NCBI GenBank assembly: GCA_049720225.1
Contig: JBNASD010000001.1
Span: 293,217-357,216 of the forward strand
DNA from: Microgenomates group bacterium
Lineage (GTDB): Bacteria > Patescibacteriota > Microgenomatia > PFEM01 > JBNASD01
Reading direction: 5' to 3'
Length of the DNA: 64,000 nucleotides
This document shows positions 56,921 to 64,000 of this stretch, in pieces; position 1 is the first letter of the stretch; every line of letters starts with the position of its first letter. Made by a program: the position numbers and the translations under genes. The notes beneath the pieces are model-generated. The model searched no databases. It was given only the letters and a program-made list of their open reading frames with translations, and was not told where the DNA came from.

Positions 56921-57756
56921 AATTTATTGTTTGTTAATAATAATTTTGCCTTTTCAACAGCCCGAGTTAATTTTTCTTTAGTAATTTTTCTTTTTTTAGA
57001 AAAATCAGCAATATTAATTTCTACTAGATCTTTAATTAAAATTATATTTTCTTCAAAAAGAGTTTTTACTATATAATCACTAAATTCAGGAAATACGGTA
57101 ATTGGATAAAGTTTTTGACGATCAATAATTGTTTCTAAACCTCCGCTTGGAGGATATTTCCATCCTAATAATTCCACCCCTACACACGATGAATAAGTAA
57201 TTGCCTGAGAAGAAAATTTGGTATTGGTAACTAGTAAGCTTTTTAACTGATGATTTCCCTTAAAAAATCCTCCTTTTTGAATATCTAAAAACCGAGCATA
57301 ATTTGCCAAAGCAATAGTTAAATCTACTTTTGTTCCCGGTAATTGGTGATATTTGCATTCCCCTATATATAAAATCCCCTCTTTTTCTGCTAAAAAATCA
57401 ATTTCGTAAGAAGTACAAAAACCTTTAATTATTTGATTTATTTTCACTTTGTAACCTTCTTCTTCTAAAATTCTTGCAATATATTTTTCAAAAGGATAAC
57501 CAGTAGGCCCCAATCGTCTTAGTCCTTCTTTGATATTAAAAGCCAAACTTGCCGGGGGGTGTTTTTGGTTTAGCAGTTGTAAAACGCGCTGAAAAATTAC
57601 TTTCGTTTTAATTCCGGAGTAAACTTCTTTTTGAATGGTATCGGCAATTTCTTTTGCGAGAATCTCATTAGCTCCTACCCGGCGAGCAGAATTAAAAACT
57701 TTTTGCCAAGAAAACGGTTCTTTTTCCCCTGCCCAATTAACTACCCAAATTCCCAT
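56917..57756 (-). CDS. ATP-cone plus Mrr-like PD-(D/E)XK nuclease domain protein
   Basis: GEKEPFSWQKV..S..R.G (ATP cone); GYPFEKYI, EIDFLA...GECKYH, VTNTKFS. Confidence 0.8.
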   Translation of the reverse strand: MGIWVVNWAGEKEPFSWQKVFNSARRVGANEILAKEIADTIQKEVYSGIKTKVIFQRVLQLLNQKHPPASLAFNIKEGLRRLGPTGYPFEKYIARILEEEGYKVKINQIIKGFCTSYEIDFLAEKEGILYIGECKYHQLPGTKVDLTIALANYARFLDIQKGGFFKGNHQLKSLLVTNTKFSSQAITYSSCVGVELLGWKYPPSGGLETIIDRQKLYPITVFPEFSDYIVKTLFEENIILIKDLVEINIADFSKKRKITKEKLTRAVEKAKLLLTNNKL

Positions 57757-57772
57757 AAAAATATTTTACCTA

Positions 57773-58798
57773 TTAACTTTCTTTTTTTCCATTCAAATCA
57801 ACCAACCAATTTTTTCCCTCTGCATCCCGTAAGGTATTAATAAGAAGTCTTTTTAAAATTTCGGTAAAAGAAATTCCATAAAGATCCAAAATTGTGGAAA
57901 TGGCACAACTTAATTCCTTAGGGCCAAAAGCGGGATTGGAATTACAATCTAAAAAGAAATAACGGCCGGAAATATCTAATCTAACATCAAATTTTCCATA
58001 ATCCGCCATTCGGGTAACTTCGAACGCTTTTTTAACATACTCTTTTAAAAGGGGGTCATCGTATTTTTGATAATAAAATCTTTCTTTACCAATAAGATCT
58101 TCAAAACTAGCAAAAACATATTTTTTTTCTGGTTTATTAAAGACTTTTTCCCCGCAATAAACTTTTTTATTTAATCCTTCCAACAAAATAGCCGTAATTT
58201 CGCGACCAACAATAAATTCTTCCACTAACACTGGTTGTTCATAGGTAGTAATTAAAAATTTTAAGCGTTGGCGTAAATGTTTTTCGTTTTCCGAAACCGA
58301 ATCTTCGGTAATTTCTACTGCTCCATGAATTTCGTTTAGTTTAGAAATTAAAGGAAAACGCAAAGTAGGATCTAAAGGATCATCGGGCGTATTAAAAAGT
58401 TGATAATGAGGAACAGGAATGCCGTTTTGTTGTAAAAGTTTTTTTACTAAAAATTTATTGTAAGAAAGCGATTCCCCTAAAATTCCCGCTCCGGTATAAG
58501 GAATTTCTAAAAATTCTAAAATTGCCGGAATGGTTGAGGCTAAATATTCATTTCCTTTAACAGAACCCACTAAATTTAAAACTACCTGCGGTTTATCCTT
58601 TTTTAAACGAAAAGGTAAAGAAGTATTAGCAGGATACAAAAGCGGAGTAATTCCTAATTTTTTAAGATATTTGGCGACAACTTTTGCATCACGATAAGCA
58701 TCCTTTTCCGTTAAATACTGCGCCTCAGTAGGAAAATACTCCCGCTTAACATCGCTATAGATAATCCCCACTTTTTGGGGTAAAGAATAATTTCTCAT
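57773..58798 (-). CDS. D-Ala-D-Ala ligase-like ATP-grasp protein
   Basis: IPYTGAG, LVEEFIVGRE, DVRL, DCNSNP; canonical Ddl loops diverged. Confidence 0.75.
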   Translation of the reverse strand: MRNYSLPQKVGIIYSDVKREYFPTEAQYLTEKDAYRDAKVVAKYLKKLGITPLLYPANTSLPFRLKKDKPQVVLNLVGSVKGNEYLASTIPAILEFLEIPYTGAGILGESLSYNKFLVKKLLQQNGIPVPHYQLFNTPDDPLDPTLRFPLISKLNEIHGAVEITEDSVSENEKHLRQRLKFLITTYEQPVLVEEFIVGREITAILLEGLNKKVYCGEKVFNKPEKKYVFASFEDLIGKERFYYQKYDDPLLKEYVKKAFEVTRMADYGKFDVRLDISGRYFFLDCNSNPAFGPKELSCAISTILDLYGISFTEILKRLLINTLRDAEGKNWLVDLNGKKES

Positions 58799-58884
58799 TG
58801 AAATTCTTTTTTATTATATAAAAAAATAAATTTACTTCAAGGCTTTTCTTAAAATTTTAAAAACTTTTGATAAAATAAACTAAA

Positions 58885-59937
58885 ATGAAAAATTTTCTTT
58901 TCAAGAATAAAAAAATTTTTTGGGGAGTAGGAGGATTAATTTTAACTTTTTTACTCGTTTTCTTTTTAAAAATAAAACCCTCTCTCCAGTCCCCTGAAGA
59001 AAAATACCAAACCACCAAAGTAAGAAGAGGAAATCTTAAAATAACTGTTTCTGCTTCAGGAAAAATAGAGGCAGAAAAGCAGGTCACTCTTCGATTTCAA
59101 ACTGGAGGATTACTAAGTTGGGTAGGGGTAAGAAAGGGAGATAAAGTTAAAAAATGGCAAACAATTGCCTCTTTAGATACCCGAGAGTTAGAAAAAGACC
59201 TTAAAAAAAGACTCTTGGCTTATATGAATCAACGATGGGACTTTGAACAAACTCAAGATAATTATAATGTCCACGGAAAACCTTTAAACGAACTTATCTT
59301 AACTGAAGAAGAAAAAAGGATTTTAGAAAAAGCACAATTCAATCTCGATAGTACTGTTTTAGACGTAGAAATTAGAGATCTTTCGATAAAATTGGCAAAA
59401 TTAGTTTCTCCAATAGAGGGAATTGTTGTGGAAGCAGAACCTTCTTTACCTGGCGTAAATATTCTTCCTACTAACTCCTATTTCACCATTATCGATCCCT
59501 CGCAAATGAAATTTGTGGCGGATGTAGACGAAGTGGACATTGGAAAAGTAAAACTAGATCAAAAAGCAATTATTACTTTAGATGCTTACGAAAATCAGAC
59601 TTTTGAAGGAAAAGTCAAAAAAATCTCTTTTGCAGCAATTACAACCAAAGGAGGAGGAACCGCTTTTCCAGTAGAAATTTCTTTACCAGAAAACCATGAA
59701 GAAAAATTTAAATGGGGAATGAATGGGGATGTAGAAATTATTATCGAGGAAGTAGATAACGCATTAATAATTCCCTCCGAAGCTATAATCAAAAAAGAAG
59801 GAAAAAATTACGTAAAGGTATTGGAGAAGGGAAAAATTAAAGAAAAAGAAATCACTACCGGTTTGGAAACAGAAGAAGAAATAGAAATTCTTTCCGGCCT
59901 TCAGGAAGGAGATATAATTATCCTTTCAGAAAAGTAA
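58885..59937 (+). CDS. Membrane fusion protein (MacA-like)
   Basis: ASGKI, VRKGDKVKK, SPIEG, VDEVDI, SGLQEGD. Confidence 0.9.
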   Translation: MKNFLFKNKKIFWGVGGLILTFLLVFFLKIKPSLQSPEEKYQTTKVRRGNLKITVSASGKIEAEKQVTLRFQTGGLLSWVGVRKGDKVKKWQTIASLDTRELEKDLKKRLLAYMNQRWDFEQTQDNYNVHGKPLNELILTEEEKRILEKAQFNLDSTVLDVEIRDLSIKLAKLVSPIEGIVVEAEPSLPGVNILPTNSYFTIIDPSQMKFVADVDEVDIGKVKLDQKAIITLDAYENQTFEGKVKKISFAAITTKGGGTAFPVEISLPENHEEKFKWGMNGDVEIIIEEVDNALIIPSEAIIKKEGKNYVKVLEKGKIKEKEITTGLETEEEIEILSGLQEGDIIILSEK

Positions 59938-61149
59938 ATGGAAATAAAAGAAGTATTTAAAATCGCCTTCGAAGCATTAAAAACAAATAAAATTCGTTCT
60001 GGATTAACCATGTTAGGAATTATTATCGGAGTAGCTTCTGTAATTCTTTTGGTCTCTATTGGAAGTGGACTAAAAACTTATATCACCCGTCAATTAGAAG
60101 ATTTAGGGGCAAATGCCTTGTTTGTTATGCCAGGAGAAATGGGAATAGCTACCAGTGGAGACAAAAAGGGAGGAATTCCCGGTGCTGGGGTAGCGAATTC
60201 TAAATTTACCGAAAAACATTTAAAAGATTTAAAAAAGAAGGGGAAAAATATTGCGTCAGTAATGGCTTATATTGAAAATAATGGAGTAATGAAATACAAA
60301 GGAAAAACTCATGTTACTCAAGTGGTAGGAGTCGGTCCCGAATATCCTGAAGTTCGCAATCAGAAAGTTAAAATTGGGTCGTTTTTTACTTCATCCCAAT
60401 ATAATTCTGCCAAAAAGGTAGCAGTTCTAGGAAAAACAGTAGCAAAAGAACTTTTTAATGATGAAAACCCGGTTGGAAAGAAAATTACAATTTCTAATCA
60501 ACGCTATACTGTTTTAGGAGTCTTAGAAGAAAAGGGAGCTTTTGGTTCAATCGATATGGATAATCAAGTATTTATTCCTGCGACCACCGCGATGCGTCAT
60601 TTTGAAATGGAAAAAATTCAATCATTTTGGGTTCAAGCCAAAGATAGTCAATCAGTAGAATTAGCTAAAAAAGAAATTGAGGAAATTTTGGGAAAAAGTT
60701 TGAAAGAGGAGGAGTTTTCGGTATTAGATACCAAAAGTCTTCTCCAAGTAATTGGAGATGTTTTAAATGTTTTAACCTTAGCTTTAACAGGAATTGCCGC
60801 TATTTCTTTATTAGTAGGAGGAATCGGAATTATGAATATTATGTTAGTTTCGGTTACCGAAAGAACTAGAGAAATTGGTTTAAGAAAAGCTTTAGGAGCT
60901 ACTTCTAAAATAATTTTATTTCAATTTCTTGTTGAAGCTATTACCCTTTCTTTAATTGGAGGAACTATTGGTATTTTAGGAGGAGTATTTCTTGCTCTTA
61001 TCTTGAATAGATTTTTTACCACCACCATTACTCCCTGGTCAATATTCCTTGCTTTTGGAGTATCTGCCTTAGTAGGAATCGTTTTTGGTGTTGCTCCGGC
61101 AGCCAAAGCCGCTAAACTTCACCCAATTGAAGCTTTAAGATATGAATAA
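59938..61149 (+). CDS. MacB-type ABC permease
   Basis: RSGLTMLGIIIGV, VGGIGIMNIMLVSVTERTREIG, PIEALRYE. Confidence 0.93.
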   Translation: MEIKEVFKIAFEALKTNKIRSGLTMLGIIIGVASVILLVSIGSGLKTYITRQLEDLGANALFVMPGEMGIATSGDKKGGIPGAGVANSKFTEKHLKDLKKKGKNIASVMAYIENNGVMKYKGKTHVTQVVGVGPEYPEVRNQKVKIGSFFTSSQYNSAKKVAVLGKTVAKELFNDENPVGKKITISNQRYTVLGVLEEKGAFGSIDMDNQVFIPATTAMRHFEMEKIQSFWVQAKDSQSVELAKKEIEEILGKSLKEEEFSVLDTKSLLQVIGDVLNVLTLALTGIAAISLLVGGIGIMNIMLVSVTERTREIGLRKALGATSKIILFQFLVEAITLSLIGGTIGILGGVFLALILNRFFTTTITPWSIFLAFGVSALVGIVFGVAPAAKAAKLHPIEALRYE

Positions 61150-61152
61150 AGT

Positions 61153-61815
61153 TTATTTCACTAAAAGCTTTACCAACCAACCAAAGAGACTCTTGATTCG
61201 TTCTTTGGCCTGAATTTGTTTCTCTAGAGCAGTATTTTGTTCAATCATTGCCTGAATTGTTTCTTGAATTTGGTTTTGGTCGGCTTTATTGGCAATTTGA
61301 TTCCTTAATTGCTCCAGTTGTCTTATTCTTAATCTGTTTTGCTCAAGTTGAGCTTTAAGATTATTAATCGCCCGGTAGTTTGGGCCAATTACTCTTTCCA
61401 ACCAAGCCGGCCTTTGTTCAAGATTTCTAAATTCTTTTTCAATCTCTTGCTGAGCCTGTTTTTGTTCTTGAGCTACCTGTCTTATTTGTTGACCAATACC
61501 CCCCTTCGCTCCTTGAGTAGTTAACAGCTCCTCCACCGCCTTCGCCACCTCACTCATTCGTTCTCGAGCGGTTTCACTTCGGGGGGTAGCTAATTTCGGT
61601 TGACCGATAGCTTGATTGTTTTCTCCCTCATCTTCTCCCTCTTTTAATTGCTCTTGTTCTTGGGTATTAACCTGTAATTGCTGCTCCTCTCCTTGATTTC
61701 TGGTTTGAATTCGATTTTGGTTTTGTGTCTGACTGCTTTTGCTTTGACCAAAAATAATAGCTGGAAAAGCCAAAGTTAACACCAATAAACCTATTAGTAT
61801 TATTATTTTTTTCAT
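61153..61815 (-). CDS. Secreted Gln-rich coiled-coil protein
   Basis: Signal peptide; QTQNQNRIQTRNQGEEQQ; GGIGQQIR; strong SD. Confidence 0.75.
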   Translation of the reverse strand: MKKIIILIGLLVLTLAFPAIIFGQSKSSQTQNQNRIQTRNQGEEQQLQVNTQEQEQLKEGEDEGENNQAIGQPKLATPRSETARERMSEVAKAVEELLTTQGAKGGIGQQIRQVAQEQKQAQQEIEKEFRNLEQRPAWLERVIGPNYRAINNLKAQLEQNRLRIRQLEQLRNQIANKADQNQIQETIQAMIEQNTALEKQIQAKERIKSLFGWLVKLLVK

Positions 61816-61866
61816 TTTCTCACCTCCTTTCTATTTTTAAGAATAACATATTTTCATTTTTCTTTT

Positions 61867-62277
61867 TTATTGACTTATGTTTCTCCGAAATTCTGGATTT
61901 AACTGGATGTTTTGGGCAGTAACGCTACCATCAGAATTCTCCTGTCCAAAAACTGCTACTTTTTCCCCAACCTTTAATTCTTCTTTATCCACTTTTTCTG
62001 CCTTATTTATTTGCGTATTTTCCGAAAGAATGATAATTTTACTTGAACCATCGGTAAGTTTAACCGTAATTGATTTTTCATCGGCGGAAATAATTTCTCC
62101 CTGAACCGGCCGAAACCCACCCCTAAGTTGTCCCTGCCCACCTCTTACTCCTTGACCACTTCCAAACTGACGAAAAAAAGACGACCGACGGCTTTGCTGA
62201 TATTTCATCCCGGCAAAAAACCCAATTCCGCCGGCCAAAACAGCGACAGCGATAGTAACCATTAAATTATTTTTCAT
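61867..62277 (-). CDS. DUF5666-like membrane-anchored protein
   Basis: GFFAGMKYQ, Gly-rich linker, GEIIS...DGSSK...DGSVTAQNIQ. Confidence 0.75.
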   Translation of the reverse strand: MKNNLMVTIAVAVLAGGIGFFAGMKYQQSRRSSFFRQFGSGQGVRGGQGQLRGGFRPVQGEIISADEKSITVKLTDGSSKIIILSENTQINKAEKVDKEELKVGEKVAVFGQENSDGSVTAQNIQLNPEFRRNISQ

Positions 62278-62289
62278 TTTTCACCTCCT

Positions 62290-63513
62290 TTACTCATACC
62301 TTAACGCCTCAATTGGCTCTAGTTTTGCCGCTTTTTGCGCCGGATACCAACCAAATAAAATTCCCACCGCGGTGGAAACGCCAAAGGCTAAAATTATTGC
62401 CGAAGGCGAAATTACAAAAGGCAAATCCATTATCCTTGAGAGAAATCCAAAAATTAAAATCCCCAATATTATTCCTAATAGACCTCCACTAAAAGTAATA
62501 ATTACCGCTTCGGTTAGAAATTGGGTGGTAATAATTTTTTTAGTAGCTCCCAAAGCTTTCCGTAATCCAATTTCTCTTGTCCTCTCGGTTACCGTCACCA
62601 ACATAATATTCATAATGCCAATTCCTCCAACCAATAAAGAAATAGCAGCAATTCCGGCTAAAAGATAGGTAAAAGTTTGAGTAACTTGAGTGGCGGTAGA
62701 TAAGATATCCGCCTGAGACATTATTTGAAAATCAGCCGAAGTTGGATCAGATAACCGATGACGCTCTAAAAGTAAATAGCCAATTTGATTTTGCGCTTCG
62801 GTCATTACCTCTTTACTTTTGGTCTCCACCGAAATTGAACTTAGATAATCCACACCAAAAACTATCTTTTGAGCAGTGGTTAAAGGAATAAAAACCCGGT
62901 CATCTTGATTAAAAAATCCTGTTCCTCCCTTACTTTTAGTGACTCCAATTACTTTAAAAGCAATTCGATTAATTCTTATTGTCTCACCAACCGGATTGGC
63001 TCCTTCGCCAAATAAATCAGTTACCACCTGAGGTCCCAAAACTGCCACCTTTGCGATTGTCTCGACATCTTTCTGAGAAATAGAAACGCCCTTTTCTATA
63101 TCTACTTTTCGAATTGAGAAATAAGTTGGTGTTACTCCATAAATTAAAGTATTAGTATTGCTTTTTCCCGCGGTCACCTGAGCATTACGATAAAATTCGG
63201 GAGAAACAGATTTAACGGTAGTTATTTGAGAAGATCTAACAATCGCTTGGGCATCTTCGTAAGTTAAAGTTGTTGCTCCCCCCATTGCTCCCCTAATTCC
63301 TCCCCGACTAATTCTTCCAGGATAAATTATTAATAAGTTTGACCCCAAAGATTCAATTTGACTTTCAATTAAATATTGAGAGGCCTTTCCTAAAGATAAA
63401 AGAGAAATCACACTGGCAATACCAATAACCACTCCCAAAGTTGCTAAACCGGTACGAACTTTATTAGCTTTAAAAGTATTAAGACTTTCGGAAATTAATT
63501 CTTTTATTTCCAT
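62290..63513 (-). CDS. MacB-type ABC permease
   Basis: RTGLATLGVVIG, VGGIGIMNIMLVTVTERTREIG, PIEALRYE. Confidence 0.93.
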   Translation of the reverse strand: MEIKELISESLNTFKANKVRTGLATLGVVIGIASVISLLSLGKASQYLIESQIESLGSNLLIIYPGRISRGGIRGAMGGATTLTYEDAQAIVRSSQITTVKSVSPEFYRNAQVTAGKSNTNTLIYGVTPTYFSIRKVDIEKGVSISQKDVETIAKVAVLGPQVVTDLFGEGANPVGETIRINRIAFKVIGVTKSKGGTGFFNQDDRVFIPLTTAQKIVFGVDYLSSISVETKSKEVMTEAQNQIGYLLLERHRLSDPTSADFQIMSQADILSTATQVTQTFTYLLAGIAAISLLVGGIGIMNIMLVTVTERTREIGLRKALGATKKIITTQFLTEAVIITFSGGLLGIILGILIFGFLSRIMDLPFVISPSAIILAFGVSTAVGILFGWYPAQKAAKLEPIEALRYE

Positions 63514-64000
63514 AAGATTTTTTGTTTTCCATTAAGCTCATCTTTAATTATTTTTCCGTCCCGAAGAAGAATTTTTCTTTTGGCATATTGGGCGATATCT
63601 GGTTCGTGAGTAATCAAAACGATGGTATGGCCTTCTTTATTTAATTTTTGAAAGATTTTCATTATTTCTTCCGCCTGATTAGTAGCAATATTCCCCGTTG
63701 GTTCATCGGCTAATATAATTGCCGGATTCATGGCTAAAGCGCGGGCAATAGCTACTCGTTGTTGTTCTCCCCCGGAAAGTTGAGCAGGGGTATGATAAAT
63801 TCTTTTTTCCAACCCAACTGCTTTTAAAAGCTCTTTGGCTTTTTTTTCTCTTTCTTGGGGATTTACTCCTCCGTAAATCATAGGAATTATTACATTTCTT
63901 AAAGCATTTGTTCGGGGTAAAAGATTAAAAAACTGAAAAACAAAGCCAATTTTCTTATTGCGAATTTTTGCTAACTCTTCGTCGCTAAACTTGGCAGTAT
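63504..64000 (-). CDS. MacB/LolD-type ABC ATPase, 5'-truncated by window edge
   Basis: [38 protein letters not shown]. Confidence 0.9.
   Translation of the reverse strand, partial: TAKFSDEELAKIRNKKIGFVFQFFNLLPRTNALRNVIIPMIYGGVNPQEREKKAKELLKAVGLEKRIYHTPAQLSGGEQQRVAIARALAMNPAIILADEPTGNIATNQAEEIMKIFQKLNKEGHTIVLITHEPDIAQYAKRKILLRDGKIIKDELNGKQKILWK

Noticed and set aside
3062-62668. Many 60-125 aa ORFs nested in or antisense to long genes (e.g. 10042, 23011, 39726, 48564, 59595, 62372)
   Set aside because: Fully overlap well-supported CDSs and carry no recognisable motifs.
1-64000. CRISPR array, rRNA, IS element, recoded TGA
   Set aside because: No regularly spaced repeats, rRNA-like sequence or transposase seen; RF2 is present and TGA ends many genes.

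Overview
Very AT-rich (about 30% GC by eye), densely packed bacterial chromosome using the standard genetic code (RF2 present, TGA used as stop). Gene content and style suggest a CPR/Patescibacteria genome of the Microgenomates group (inference): archaeal-type TyrRS with a C1-G72 tRNA-Tyr, sortase, PT-linker surface proteins, apparently leaderless genes. In order: surface/cell-envelope block (secreted protein, sortase, S8 protease, galE, vanZ, lamin-tail protein, ftsEX plus coiled-coil C39-like hydrolase, prfB); translation/tRNA block (TsaC-TsaE fusion, tyrS, tRNA-Tyr, HIT, four-helix-bundle gene inside inverted repeats, tsaD); a membrane-anchored AmmeMemoRadiSam cluster; anaerobic metabolism (2-oxoacid:ferredoxin oxidoreductase, GDH, ALDH); a TruB-acylphosphatase fusion; redox/stress genes; a likely defence island (HEPN-like protein, type IIG RM coupled to a RadC-N-only protein, NucS-like nuclease); a Cys-rich metal/thiol operon with an ATP-cone nuclease; and two MacAB-type ABC loci. 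Three disrupted genes are visible. I saw no CRISPR array, rRNA, transposase or integrase. Best candidates for an undescribed system: the membrane-tethered AmmeMemoRadiSam module, the repeat-flanked four-helix-bundle unit and the RadC-N/type IIG pair. All family calls come from motif recognition, not database searches.
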